Source of the DNA: Terriglobia bacterium
GTDB taxonomy: Bacteria; Acidobacteriota; Terriglobia; 20CM-2-55-15
Length of the DNA: 64,000 nt
Reading direction: 5' to 3'
NCBI GenBank assembly: GCA_965198225.1
Contig: CBDAOY010000008.1
Location: 96,001-160,000 of the forward strand
Shown here: positions 39,542 to 49,672 of the stretch, one piece after another
How positions within the stretch are numbered: position 1 is the first letter of the stretch
Layout: every line of letters begins with the position of its first letter
Notes under the pieces: model-generated
What the model saw: the letters and a program-made list of their open reading frames with translations, nothing else
What the model was told of the DNA's origin: nothing
The model's database searches: none
Position numbers and translations under genes: made by a program

Positions 39542-42223
39542 ATGACCCCCGGCACCCAACTCGGCAGCTACGAGATCCTCTCCCCGCTCGGCAAGGGCGG
39601 CATGGGCGAGGTGTGGCGTGCGCGGGATCAGAAACTCGGTCGCGAAGTTGCCATCAAGACCCTACCCGAAGAGTTCGCGCAGGACGAAGAACGTCTCGCC
39701 CGGTTTGAGCGCGAAGCCAAGCTGCTGGCCTCGTTGAACCATCCCAACATCGCGACGATTCACGGTCTCGAAGAACACGACGGTATGCGGTTCCTCGTCT
39801 TGGAGTTGGTCGAGGGCGATACGCTCGCGGACCGGCTGAAGCGCGGCGCGATCCCGGTTGAAGAATCCCTCAAGTTCGCCCTCCAGATCGCCGAGGCCCT
39901 CGAAGCCGCGCACGAGAAGGGTGTTATTCACCGCGACCTGAAACCCGCCAACATCAAGGTCACGCCTGACGGCAAGGTCAAGGTGCTCGATTTTGGGTTG
40001 GCGAAGGCGTTTGCCGGTGATGGGAGTGAGCCGAACCTGTCGCAGTCACCTACGCTTAGTTTGGCGGCGACGCAGCAGGGTGTGATTCTCGGTACCGCAG
40101 CCTACATGTCGCCCGAGCAAGCACGGGGTGTGACAGTAGACAAGCGAGCCGATATATGGGCTCTTGGCTGCGTCCTGTACGAAATGTTGACGGGAAAGCA
40201 GGTGTTCCAGGGCGAGTTGATGTCCGACGTGATGGCATCGGTGTTGAAGTCCGAGCCCGACTACAAAGGTTTGCCGCCGACTATCCACCCGAAGCTGCGA
40301 GAGCTCTTGCGTCGATGTCTGGAGAAGGAACCGAAGCAAAGATGGCACGATATCGGCGATGTACGGGTCGAGTTGGAGCAAGTCTTGGCCGACCCGAGCG
40401 GGACTCTGATACAGCCGGCTGGGTACCTTGGTCAGGTTCCAGCCAGAACGTCGCTGGTGTGGATCGCGGCAAGTGTACTTGTCAGTGTCGTTGTTGGTGG
40501 AATCGCGGTCTGGAATCTCAAGCCCTCGGATCCTCGGTCGGCGTGGCGGTTTACTCATAACCTACCGAAAGACCAGACGTTCACAAGTCGAGGACGTCCA
40601 GTCGTGGCCAGCTCACCCGACGGAACCAAATTCGTATATCTCGCAAATAATCAACTGTACGTGCGGTCCATGAATGACCTTACGGCTGTTCCCATTCAGG
40701 GAACTGAAGACAACATCTCTAGCCCATTCTTTTCCCGTGACGGGCAATGGATCGGCTATTGGTCTCGGGTAGACGGACAACTCAAGAAGATTCCAGTGAC
40801 TGGAGGTACCCCGATACCTTTATGTGATGCTGCGAATCCCTTCGGTGCGAGCTGGGGAGAGGACGACAACATCGTGTTTGGTCAAGACGTTGGGATCATG
40901 CGTGTTTCCGCCAGCGGCCAGGAGCCAGAACTTCTGATTGCCACCGAGGACGGTGAACAAGCTCACGGTCCTCAGATCCTCCCTGACGGGAGTGTGTTGT
41001 TCACCCTCACGAAAGGGTCGGAAGACACTCGCTGGAACGACGCCCAAATCGTCGTGCAGTCACTGGAAACGGATGTGCGCAAAACCGTGTTTGAAGGGGG
41101 TAGTGACGCCCGGTACGTACCAACGGGCCACCTCGTTTACGCTTGGGAGAACATCCTGTTTGGCGCGGGTTTCGACGTGGCCAATCTCGAACTCGTGGGA
41201 GCGGCTGTTCCGATTGTTGAAGACCTGCGGCGTGCTGATGATCCATCAGGTAACACGGCGAGTGCGAATTATGGTTTCTCCGTAGACGGAACCCTGGTCT
41301 ACGCCGTCGGAGGGTTGGACGCTGCAGACTTAAAAAGACTAATCCTGATGGACCGTGATGGCACCGTCGAGAATCTGCCGGGGCCGCCCAAAGACTACAG
41401 TCGTCCGCGGTTTTCACCGAATGGGAATCAGATAGCAGTAGAAAGCGAGGAATCTGGGGAGGACAGTATCTGGGTTTACCCTTTGGCCGGTGACACCTCG
41501 ATCCGGAGACTGACATTGGAGGGTAACAATCGATACCCGGAATGGACTCCCGATGGTGAACGCATAACCTTCGAGTCAGATCGGGCAGAGCAGCCCAATA
41601 TCTTCTGGAAACGGGCCGACGGCACGGGTGTTGCCGAGCCTCTTACCGACAGAGAGGGTGGACAAGTACCAGAGTCGTGGTCTCCCGACGGGCAGCATCT
41701 GACTTTCCGGGAGCAGAGAGACATCTGGGTCAGGACAGGCGACGCCACGCCAGAGCCATTTGCCGTTATGGAAAGTACTCAAACTGCATCGAAGTTTTCG
41801 CCCGACGGTAAATGGGTGGCATACAGCTCCAACCACGACCAGGACATATTCAAGGTTTACGTAGAGCCCTTTCCCAAGACCGGGACGCAGTATCAGATTA
41901 CAAGCAAGCCGACCGGACCTCCCGTTTGGTCACCTGACGGGCGGGAACTGGTGTATGCGGACCCGACTCACACCCTCTGGTCGGTGCCAATCTCGACAGA
42001 ACCATCCTTTAGCTTCGGAAACGCGGCACCCCTGCCACAGCCCCCAGCCGGTACGCTCCTTTTTGTCAGTGGAGTAGAAAGAAACTATGACATCAGCCCG
42101 GACGGTGAGCAGTTCCTGTTCGCATCACCGGTCCAATCGGAATCAAGGGAAACTCCAAGCTTGCAGATCAACATCGTCCTGAACTGGTTCGAAGAACTGA
42201 AGGAACGGGTGCCGGTGCCATGA
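39542..42223 (+). CDS. intact Hanks-type Ser/Thr kinase with TM helix and TolB-like beta-propeller (K4)
   Basis: GKGGMG, VAIK, HRDLKPAN, DFG, YMSPE; TM LVWIAASVLVSVVVGGIAVW; multiple SPDG/PD40 repeats; ATG 39542. Confidence 0.93.
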   Translation: MTPGTQLGSYEILSPLGKGGMGEVWRARDQKLGREVAIKTLPEEFAQDEERLARFEREAKLLASLNHPNIATIHGLEEHDGMRFLVLELVEGDTLADRLKRGAIPVEESLKFALQIAEALEAAHEKGVIHRDLKPANIKVTPDGKVKVLDFGLAKAFAGDGSEPNLSQSPTLSLAATQQGVILGTAAYMSPEQARGVTVDKRADIWALGCVLYEMLTGKQVFQGELMSDVMASVLKSEPDYKGLPPTIHPKLRELLRRCLEKEPKQRWHDIGDVRVELEQVLADPSGTLIQPAGYLGQVPARTSLVWIAASVLVSVVVGGIAVWNLKPSDPRSAWRFTHNLPKDQTFTSRGRPVVASSPDGTKFVYLANNQLYVRSMNDLTAVPIQGTEDNISSPFFSRDGQWIGYWSRVDGQLKKIPVTGGTPIPLCDAANPFGASWGEDDNIVFGQDVGIMRVSASGQEPELLIATEDGEQAHGPQILPDGSVLFTLTKGSEDTRWNDAQIVVQSLETDVRKTVFEGGSDARYVPTGHLVYAWENILFGAGFDVANLELVGAAVPIVEDLRRADDPSGNTASANYGFSVDGTLVYAVGGLDAADLKRLILMDRDGTVENLPGPPKDYSRPRFSPNGNQIAVESEESGEDSIWVYPLAGDTSIRRLTLEGNNRYPEWTPDGERITFESDRAEQPNIFWKRADGTGVAEPLTDREGGQVPESWSPDGQHLTFREQRDIWVRTGDATPEPFAVMESTQTASKFSPDGKWVAYSSNHDQDIFKVYVEPFPKTGTQYQITSKPTGPPVWSPDGRELVYADPTHTLWSVPISTEPSFSFGNAAPLPQPPAGTLLFVSGVERNYDISPDGEQFLFASPVQSESRETPSLQINIVLNWFEELKERVPVP

Positions 42224-42244
42224 ACGGTGCTGATGGTGCGTTGA

Positions 42245-42940
42245 ATGGATGACAAGAGACCACCTTATCGCGATCACGACTTTAACAAGATTCGTAACTG
42301 CACTTTTACCTACGAATGCACACTCGACTGGGATGACCTCCGTCGGACTGAAGATCAGCAACTTCGACACTGCGACAAGTGTGAAGAGTTCGTGTATCTG
42401 TGCGAGACCGACGAAGAGTTCATAGCCCACGTCAGTGAGGGTCATTGCGTAGCGAAACTTATGCCCAGGGGAATGAAGCCGGAGCATCGGCACACATTGG
42501 GAAGGGGTGATGAAGTTGGTGCGGCAAACGAGTTGTTCTTCATTCCGAAGGAGTTGGCCAAGGACGATGCGGTTAGGGGACTGAAGGCAGACCACAGCAG
42601 TTACTGTCTCGATTGCGGTTTTCCGCTCGCTGATGGAGCGAAATGCAACGTGTGTCCACCGTCGCTTGGACCTCGGCTTCAGCGGACTGATCCGTCTGAA
42701 GAGGCCATCGACGAGATCGATCAGGAAACAGAGCAACAGCGGCTTCAGGCACACAACGATGCGTGTCTTCGCATAGCAGAGCTGAAGCCGGCGTGTCCCT
42801 ACTGTGACTCGGCTGAGAACTTGGAGTTCTTCGACAAGAGTCCTGAAAGCAAGTGCTACTTCATCTGTCGAATCTGCGCGAGATCCTCTCGACCCGAGGA
42901 CTTTGTGGCAGACGGACCATCCGACTGGATACACAAGTAA
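42245..42940 (+). CDS. Cys-rich multi-zinc-ribbon hypothetical protein
   Basis: CTFTYEC..CDKC..C..HC domain followed by CLDC/CNVC and CPYC/CRIC pairs. Confidence 0.7.
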   Translation: MDDKRPPYRDHDFNKIRNCTFTYECTLDWDDLRRTEDQQLRHCDKCEEFVYLCETDEEFIAHVSEGHCVAKLMPRGMKPEHRHTLGRGDEVGAANELFFIPKELAKDDAVRGLKADHSSYCLDCGFPLADGAKCNVCPPSLGPRLQRTDPSEEAIDEIDQETEQQRLQAHNDACLRIAELKPACPYCDSAENLEFFDKSPESKCYFICRICARSSRPEDFVADGPSDWIHK

Positions 42941-42942
42941 CG

Positions 42943-43125
42943 ATGATCGGCCAGACCTTATCCCACTACAAAGTCCTCGAACAGATCGGGGGCGGCGGGA
43001 TGGGTGTGGTCTACCGTGCCGAAGACACGAAGCTGCATCGACAGGTGGCGTTGAAGTTCCTACCTCCCGACATGATCCAGACGGCGTGGCTGATGATCTC
43101 AGGTGGGAGTCGGTGCGTCTGGTAG
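42943..43125 (+). pseudogene. 5' fragment of another Ser/Thr kinase (K5)
   Basis: [41 protein letters not shown], then unrelated sequence and a stop. Confidence 0.85.
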
Positions 43126-43234
43126 CAGGAGCGTCGCGTTTTCATCCCTTCAGTCTGCACTCGGAAGACTTAACCTGGCAATTCCGTCGGGACAATAGCC
43201 GGCACTCGTTGCGGCGCCATTGATTCAGAAAGAT

Positions 43235-43269
43235 ACAGCCCGTTTCGGAATGGTTCCGGAACGGGCTGT
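43235..43269 (-). terminator. intrinsic terminator-like hairpin
   Basis: acagcccgtttcggaa-tgg-ttccggaacgggctgt downstream of the minus-strand gene, followed by atctttct on that strand. Confidence 0.6.
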
Positions 43270-43345
43270 CCTGATCGCGAGAAAACCGAGCTAGTTTTGG
43301 CCGTCCTGGCCTACGACTCGTTTGTTGCGCTGCTTGACCGGCCGA

Positions 43346-43741
43346 CTATTGAAGTGCCTCCAGCTTGGCTTTGGCTTCTTCGCTAAGCCTATGATTCGTC
43401 TCAGCCACGATGCCCGCTAACGTTCTCTCCGCATCTGTAGCCGATCCATCCCCGACGATCGCCGTGAGTGCTTCTTTATCGGCTTCATTGGCTCTGTGTT
43501 CGAAGTTGTGTAGCACCATGGCGATTTTCCGAATGGCCTCACTGTTGGACGAGTCGTTGGCGATCTCCATCAACATCGCTTTGTCCGCGTCAGACGGGAA
43601 GTGTTCCAAGCCCACCAGCATCTTGGCTATCGACTTGGAGCCATCCATCTGTGCCGCCGCGGAGAACTGGGGAAACAGAGCGGTACAGAGCACCACCAAA
43701 CCGACAACGATCAAGCCTTTCTTGACAGCGTGACTGTTCAT
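43346..43741 (-). CDS. secreted alpha-helical hypothetical protein
   Basis: RBS aaggaggg; signal peptide ending AAA; internal repeat (HFPSDADK / HRANEADK / HRLSEEAK). Confidence 0.75.
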   Translation of the reverse strand: MNSHAVKKGLIVVGLVVLCTALFPQFSAAAQMDGSKSIAKMLVGLEHFPSDADKAMLMEIANDSSNSEAIRKIAMVLHNFEHRANEADKEALTAIVGDGSATDAERTLAGIVAETNHRLSEEAKAKLEALQ

Positions 43742-44115
43742 CTTTCCCTCCTTTAATTTGTTATAGCGGTCGGAACTCCCTCCCTGCATCGACTCGAGGT
43801 TCCGACCATTCATCACCCTCGGAGATTCTTCCGAACACTCCGGTAGTCGCCTCCGACGCCTGCCATGTTGGGGCGGTTCGACGATAGCCGCTAGTTTCAA
43901 CTGGAAATCGAGTGTCAGTATACTCCTTCCTCTGCACGGAACATCAGATTTTGGACCCTACAGTGGATCGATCGCTACTCGCCCGGTTACGGTTGCTCGG
44001 GACCGCTTCGCGTGCCCGGGACATCGGACTCTTCCTGGCTAGCTTTGCGTTTAGCTTTGCCATCAGCCTCCTGGCTGGCACAGGATGCGAACCCCTCTTG
44101 TTTTACACATCGCCA

Positions 44116-45159
44116 TCAGTCCAGCAAGACCTCCACATGCGCGGCAGCGGCGAGGGCATTGCCCTCGATGTTGTAGCCACCCTCCAGGAGCGAGACGAGT
44201 CGTCCGCCGGCGTAGTCATCAGCCAGATCCATGGCCGTGCGGGTCATGCGCCTGAACACGTCGTCCGTCAGGTCGAAGCATCCCAGCAGATCGTCTTGGC
44301 GGCTGTCGAAGCCGGCCGACACGATGATGAAATCCGGCCGGAACTTGGTCGCCGCAGACAGAAGCTTCGCGTCCCAGTGCCGCAGCATGTCCACATCGCG
44401 GGATCCACAATCCAGGTGAGCGTTGATGTTGAGGCCGGATCCCTCTCCCTCTCCTGTCAGGGACGGGTCGCCGGTTCCGGGGTAGGCCTGCCAGTTGTGC
44501 GTGCTGAAGAAAAGCACACTTGGGTCATCGTAGAACGCGTTTTGCGTGCCGTTCCCGTGGTGGTAGTCCCAGTCGATGACGAGCACCCGCTCGAAGCCGT
44601 GGACCCGCTGGGCATAGCGCGTCGCGACAGCGGCGTTGCTGTAGAAGCAGAAACCCTCCCCGGCACCCGTGTTGTTCGCGTGGTGCCCGGGAGGCCGGCT
44701 GGCGCAGAAGGCGTTCTTGACCTGTCCGCGAGCCACCGCGTCCACCGCACCGAGGGCGCCCGAGACGGCGAGCTCGGCGACCGGACCCGTCACCTCGATG
44801 CGGCGAACCGACTCCACGTGCTCGGGCGTGTGATGGGCTCGAATGGCGGACAGGGGATCCTCTGACAGCGAGAGTGGAATCAACTCCTGGTCGAGACCTC
44901 GCTCGGCGAACACCTCCATCATCCGGACCAGACGAAGGGCTCGCTCGGGATGCGTCTCGCCCCGGCGAGAGGGAAGCACGTGATCCAGGTACCGGACGTC
45001 GTAGACCAGCCCGGTGCCTATGGCCGGCTCCCCGAGGGTTGGAGTCTCCTCGAGGGTGGGTTTGTGTCCGAGGGCGGAGATCCGCCCGAACGCTGAGATC
45101 GCTCCGAGGCCCAGCAGCCCCTTCGAAGCGCCGGAAATGAATCCTCTTCGTGTCGTCAC
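44116..45159 (-). CDS. histone deacetylase-family (AcuC/HDAH-like) amidohydrolase with Tat signal
   Basis: TRRGFI; HPE, RPPGHHA, GFC, DWDYHHGNGTQ, SAGFD, LEGGY. Confidence 0.92.
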   Translation of the reverse strand: MTTRRGFISGASKGLLGLGAISAFGRISALGHKPTLEETPTLGEPAIGTGLVYDVRYLDHVLPSRRGETHPERALRLVRMMEVFAERGLDQELIPLSLSEDPLSAIRAHHTPEHVESVRRIEVTGPVAELAVSGALGAVDAVARGQVKNAFCASRPPGHHANNTGAGEGFCFYSNAAVATRYAQRVHGFERVLVIDWDYHHGNGTQNAFYDDPSVLFFSTHNWQAYPGTGDPSLTGEGEGSGLNINAHLDCGSRDVDMLRHWDAKLLSAATKFRPDFIIVSAGFDSRQDDLLGCFDLTDDVFRRMTRTAMDLADDYAGGRLVSLLEGGYNIEGNALAAAAHVEVLLD

Positions 45160-45261
45160 TTGTAGCCTCCTACCGCGTGGATCCCAACGTAGCCGCCAAC
45201 AGCAACACGTGCTACGCGGCCCTCATCATAGCATCGGTATCAGCGCACTCGGTGGGCAACG

Positions 45262-45387
45262 GGTATTGTCAGGTCAACTCCTCGGCGGGCTGACTGACGG
45301 GATGAAAACTCGCCGATCCCGCTACATTAGATATCGCTTTCCGCCAGGGATCATCAGCCACGCCGTCTGGCTCTACTATCGATTCCT
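45262..45387 (+). mobile_element. IS6-family remnant (left IR and first ~28 transposase codons)
   Basis: ggtattgtca IR-like end; MKTRRSRYIRYRFPPGIISHAVWLYYRF is the IS6 N-terminal motif. Confidence 0.75.
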
Positions 45388-45421
45388 CGTGGTCAGCGCG
45401 TTAGACCGCAGTTTGTCATGA

Positions 45422-45742
45422 TTACGGGATCTCGACTTCGGTATAGCTTCCCGGCGCCGCTCGATCAATCGCTTCAACGACCGATCCAACCGCCAGTTGA
45501 ATCCTGGGCCAGCTTGTGGACAGTAGGACGACCATCCCAAGACGCCGCCCTTCTAGATTCTGGTGATGTTTGAGGTTGGAGTCTGTCGTTACCAGAACCG
45601 CGTATCCCTCCCGCTCAGCCGCTTCGAGTAGCTCACCGTTCCCCAGCTTCGACCAACCGCGTTCATAGGCGGTCGATACGTCGTGGTGCGTCAGGGTTCG
45701 CCGCAGTGGGTCGGGGGTGCCTTGGTCGAACAGTATGCGCAC
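45422..45742 (-). CDS. DUF5615-type PIN-domain toxin (VapC45-like)
   Basis: MRILFDQG, NGELLEAAE, LVTTDSNL; directly downstream of a DUF433 gene. Confidence 0.8.
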   Translation of the reverse strand: MRILFDQGTPDPLRRTLTHHDVSTAYERGWSKLGNGELLEAAEREGYAVLVTTDSNLKHHQNLEGRRLGMVVLLSTSWPRIQLAVGSVVEAIDRAAPGSYTEVEIP

Positions 45743-45970
45743 TTATACTTGAGCCAAAGCGCTCCGGCCGGCATGATCGAGAACGGCCCGGACCTGTTCA
45801 AGCGTGACTCCGGGAAACCACTCGACAAATTGCGAAGCGGAAGCTCCGTCCTCGAGATTCTCAAAAAGTGCAGCCACAGGGATCCGGGTACCGCGGAACA
45901 CCCAGGCGCCGCTGGCACGTTCCGGGTCCCTCTCGACAGCCGGACAAGAGGACCAATCAATCATGCTCAA
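45743..45970 (-). CDS. DUF433-family antitoxin
   Basis: VERDPERASGAWVFRGTRIPV...LEDGAS...FP.VT.EQV. Confidence 0.85.
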   Translation of the reverse strand: MSMIDWSSCPAVERDPERASGAWVFRGTRIPVAALFENLEDGASASQFVEWFPGVTLEQVRAVLDHAGRSALAQV

Positions 45971-46077
45971 ATAGTACCATCGCCGACGCGGCGGTAAGAT
46001 AACTCAGGATCCGGCGTAGCGCCGATTGGCCTTCACGAGGTTTTCCGGTCCAGATCAGGTAGTCTCTCTCGGCGGGA

Positions 46078-47583
46078 TTACCGGTTCAGACTATAGAGTC
46101 CCACCTCCGGGCTGCCGGTACCACTGCAGCCGGTCGCCCCATAGCGCAGAAACTTCTGGATTCGTTGCCCGCTGTCTACCTCGCCGGTGAAGACGTTCCC
46201 CGCCGAATCGACCGCCAAGGCGTGAATCCAATGGAACTCGCCGATCTGCCGTCCCGACCGGCCAATTCGATCCAGCTCGGTCAGGTTCTCGCGGTTGATG
46301 ACGTAGAACGTGCCGTTTGCCAGATCCGCTATGTAAAGGCAGGTCTGGCCCGGATCGGTGGACAGGGCCGCCGAACCTGCAGTACCACTTGCGGTGTGCG
46401 GAGCAACGTGGATCTCTCCCACGAATCCGCACTGGCCGGGCTCCGCGTTCGGGTTGCTGCACGGGCTCCCGACTTCGTCCACATCGAAGATCTGAATGCG
46501 GTTGTTGCCACGGTCACAGGCATACAACAGCCCATCCACACTGAGGCTCGCACAGTGGAGCGGGCTTCTGAAGAACATCGGCGTCAGATTGCCCGCCTGG
46601 TAGTCGGCGGCCCATGGGCCGGCGTCATAGGGGTCAATGTCGGTGCCGTCCGGATCGTCCACCGGGTTCTGTCCGTACGCGCCGAAGTGACCCACATACT
46701 GGCCGGTCTCGGCGTCCACAATCAGAATGCGCCGGTTTCCGTAACCATCGGCGACGTAGAGGCGGTTCGTCTCCGGGTCCACGCTCATGTCGGCCACCAG
46801 GTAGGGCTGCGGCCTTTGGTTGGGGCCCCCGTCAACGTTTTCGCTGTCGGGAGCTTCCATACCGGCATACCCGATCTGGTAAACAAAATCTCCATCGGAG
46901 GTGAACTTCAGGATGTGCGAATCATCCCCGAAGGTGGCCGCCCACGGGAACTGTCCGGTGAAGTCCTGTCCGTTTCCGGAGATGTAGACGAAGTCGTTGT
47001 GGTCCACGAAGATTCCGTGCTCGCGACCCGGCCAGAAGCATCCGTCCTCCTCTCGACATTTTTCTTCGAGGAAGCCTGGGTCCGCCGGTCCACCCCAGGC
47101 GTCGAGCAGATTTCCTTCCGTGTCGAACTTGAGCACTGAGGGTGCGGGAACGCAGCAACCGGAAATCTGTTCGGCGAAAGCTCTCGGATTTCCCAACCCG
47201 TCAACCGGTGTGCCGGCCTCGTTTGTGCCGGCCACGCCCAGACCGGCGGCGGCGCTGGACTCCAAAGCCCGGGGCCTGTGATACACCCAGACGTTGTCCT
47301 GCTGGTCGACGGCGATTCCGCCGACCTGACTGATGCGCCAGTTGTTGGGCAGAGGCTTCGGCCAGCCGGGATCAACGACGAAGCCCGGGGCCGACGCGCC
47401 TGCGGGAACCCTTGGAGCTGAGCGCTCGCCGAGGCGCCCTATGGCGCCGGTCTGGTTCAATAGCACGGCGGCTTCTCCCTGTCCCGCGTCTCCCAGTTCG
47501 GCTTCGTCAGTACCAGTACATGCGGAAGTACCCAATGCGCAGCCCAGCAGACCGGCGAAGACGATGCACCTTGCGTTTGTCAT
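46078..47583 (-). CDS. NHL-repeat beta-propeller lipoprotein (PAL-like)
   Basis: Lipobox TSAC; VDPGWPKPLP, EHGIFVD, YVADGYGNRR, CDRGNNRIQ, HALAVDSAGN; ATG 47583. Confidence 0.8.
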   Translation of the reverse strand: MTNARCIVFAGLLGCALGTSACTGTDEAELGDAGQGEAAVLLNQTGAIGRLGERSAPRVPAGASAPGFVVDPGWPKPLPNNWRISQVGGIAVDQQDNVWVYHRPRALESSAAAGLGVAGTNEAGTPVDGLGNPRAFAEQISGCCVPAPSVLKFDTEGNLLDAWGGPADPGFLEEKCREEDGCFWPGREHGIFVDHNDFVYISGNGQDFTGQFPWAATFGDDSHILKFTSDGDFVYQIGYAGMEAPDSENVDGGPNQRPQPYLVADMSVDPETNRLYVADGYGNRRILIVDAETGQYVGHFGAYGQNPVDDPDGTDIDPYDAGPWAADYQAGNLTPMFFRSPLHCASLSVDGLLYACDRGNNRIQIFDVDEVGSPCSNPNAEPGQCGFVGEIHVAPHTASGTAGSAALSTDPGQTCLYIADLANGTFYVINRENLTELDRIGRSGRQIGEFHWIHALAVDSAGNVFTGEVDSGQRIQKFLRYGATGCSGTGSPEVGLYSLNR

Positions 47584-47848
47584 GATCCCCCCTTGGGACG
47601 TTCGACCTTCCGACGGGTCCATCCATTTCTCTTCTAGTGAAGCGGAAAAACGACAGTGTAGAATGCCGTTCCCTGATTGGCAATCCGAACTTCTCTTGGG
47701 AGAGCGGGGAGAGAGCACAGAGGGTACTGGCCGCTGCTCATACCCACTCCGAGTGACTCATGTGACACTTTGATTGCTTCAAATCCCCGCCTTCCGTAGT
47801 ATTTACGCAAGATTCACCAAACCGGCGAAGGAACGCCTTCCAATAGAA

Positions 47849-47873
47849 GTGTAGGTGCGGTCTGTGACCGCAC
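47849..47873. repeat. single REP
   Basis: gtgtaggtgcggtctgtgaccgcac. Confidence 0.75.
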
Positions 47874-48055
47874 ATCTTCAGGAGGCAAGCGGTGTCGCCC
47901 GCAGCTGGCCTACGCTCAGGCCCCTGCGACGCCGACCAGCTCGGTGCTGGCGGTATGCCCGGACCGCCCGATTGGGGTCGGTCCGACCCGAGCCGGTCGT
48001 TGGTGGATATAGAAACAAAGAGTACGCACAAAACAAATGAAGAGGGAGACACGTC

Positions 48056-48748
48056 GTGACCTATAGACACATTGTTCTTGCCACAATCGCTGCCATCGCT
48101 TTGAGTTCGACCGCTGTTTGGGCCCAGGCCCAGGAATCGGAGTTTCCGCTGGGTTTCTTCGTCACCAGCACCACCCATAGCGGCAATCTCGGCGGCCTCG
48201 CCGGTGCCGACGCCGAGTGCCAGCGTCTGGCGGCCGCCGTCGGCGCGGGCAATCGCACGTGGCGCGCTTATCTCAGCACCCAGGGTGGCCGAGGAGCCGT
48301 GCCGTCCGTCAACGCACGGGATCGTATCGGCAACGGACCTTGGTACAACGCCAACGGGATCATGATAGCGGGCAACGTCGCAGATCTGCATGGCGATGTT
48401 CAGCGTGACGCCAACCTCGTCAATGTGAGAACTGCGGTAACGGAAGCTGGCGAGCTTGTGAACGGGTTTGGTCGTCCCGAGGGCACCCCGCAGGAGCACG
48501 ACATCCTTACGGGATCGGATTCGCATGGTCGGGCATTTCCGGCAGGCATGTCCAACCAGGCCGACGACCGCACTTGCAACAACTGGACGTCCGATAGCGC
48601 CGATGCCCGTGGCATGATCGGCCACCATGACCGTATGAGTGGCTGGAATACATCGTGGAATTCCTCGCACTCGACCGCGGGCTGTAGCCTGGAGGCGTTT
48701 AACGGCACCGGCGGCGCTGGACGCTTTTATTGCTTCGCCGCTAACTGA
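48056..48748 (+). CDS. secreted endostatin/C-type-lectin-fold protein
   Basis: Signal peptide; FFVTS..GNLGGLAGADAECQRLA, WRAYLS, HDILTGS, TCNNWTS, RFYCFA. Confidence 0.8.
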   Translation: MTYRHIVLATIAAIALSSTAVWAQAQESEFPLGFFVTSTTHSGNLGGLAGADAECQRLAAAVGAGNRTWRAYLSTQGGRGAVPSVNARDRIGNGPWYNANGIMIAGNVADLHGDVQRDANLVNVRTAVTEAGELVNGFGRPEGTPQEHDILTGSDSHGRAFPAGMSNQADDRTCNNWTSDSADARGMIGHHDRMSGWNTSWNSSHSTAGCSLEAFNGTGGAGRFYCFAAN

Positions 48749-48759
48749 CATGGCGCGAA

Positions 48760-48985
48760 TAGGGTATCGCTCGCCAGCCGTCCGAACTGCCTCGTCGGTC
48801 TGCTGTTCCCGAATCGCTCCACCGCCGCCCGCGTGCTTCGGGACAGGGCGACCAGCCGGGTCGATTGCCGGGTCTTCGGCCGGTCGATCTTGCCCTGTAG
48901 AGCCGCTGTGTGACTTCGACTTGGTCGTTGTTTACGCGCTTCCACTGCAGCGCGGGGACTTCGCCGAGTCTCATCTCGGAGAAGA
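48760..48985 (-). pseudogene. frameshifted remnant of a second tyrosine integrase
   Basis: MRLGEVPALQWKRV..VEVTQRLYR / GKIDRPKTRQSTRLVAL aligns with MRPGEIFALRRGRV..VDVQERLYRGKLGTPKTRRSKRLVAL of the 30549 integrase. Confidence 0.7.
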
Positions 48986-48999
48986 CGGTGATCTATCTT

Positions 49000-49563
49000 A
49001 TGAACAGGTTTCTTTTGTCGGCACTTAGTGTTGTTGCGATGTTTCTTCTGGTAAGTGGTCATCAAAGCGCCGCTCAACAAAACGAGCTTGACGCTAGTGG
49101 CTATGATCCCGAAGCACGACTTGAAGAATTGGGTATTACGCTGCCTGATCCACCCAGCCCCGTTGCTAACTACGTAAACGGTGTGCGGACCGGCAACTTG
49201 ATATTTCTAGCGGGTAAAGGGCCGCGCCGCGCTGACGGCAGTGAGATAACCGGCAAGCTGGGCGCCGGTGTCACCATCGAAGAGGGATACGAAGGTGCGC
49301 GGCTGACCGCGATTAACCAGCTGGCGGTCTTGAAAGCAATGCTGGGCGATTTGAACCGGGTTGTGCGCGTCGTGAAAGTATTGGGCATGGTCAACTCTGA
49401 TCCGTCATTTGTGGAGCAGCCCGCAGTGATTAACGGTTTTTCAGATTTGATTGTCGCCGTCTTTGGCGAGCGAGGACGCCATGCCCGCGCTGCCGTGGGT
49501 ATGGCTTCCTTACCCAGAGGCCAGGCGGTTGAAATTGAAATGATTGTAGAAGTAAGAGATTAA
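49000..49563 (+). CDS. RidA/YjgF-family protein with signal peptide
   Basis: LEELGITLP..PVANYV, GNLIFLAG, NGFSDL, GRHARAAVG..LP..AVEIE; ATG 49000. Confidence 0.88.
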   Translation: MNRFLLSALSVVAMFLLVSGHQSAAQQNELDASGYDPEARLEELGITLPDPPSPVANYVNGVRTGNLIFLAGKGPRRADGSEITGKLGAGVTIEEGYEGARLTAINQLAVLKAMLGDLNRVVRVVKVLGMVNSDPSFVEQPAVINGFSDLIVAVFGERGRHARAAVGMASLPRGQAVEIEMIVEVRD

Positions 49564-49672
49564 GAGGGACCAACTTCCGGTGCGTTTCTTACTTTCGGAT
49601 CTTTGATCTGGCTGACATTCGACCCGTTTCGGATGTCGATTCGGCCTCCGAGGGGCAAGTTCACGATGCCCC

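Noticed and set aside
32592-42223. Diversity-generating retroelement TR/VR pair in the near-identical 3' ends of K1 and K4
   Set aside because: The differences are synonymous third-position changes and not adenine-specific; no DGR reverse transcriptase is in the window.
46078-47583. PAL-like NHL protein as the RiPP amidating enzyme
   Set aside because: It is 16 kb away beyond the island boundary, and the core ends in Trp, not Gly.
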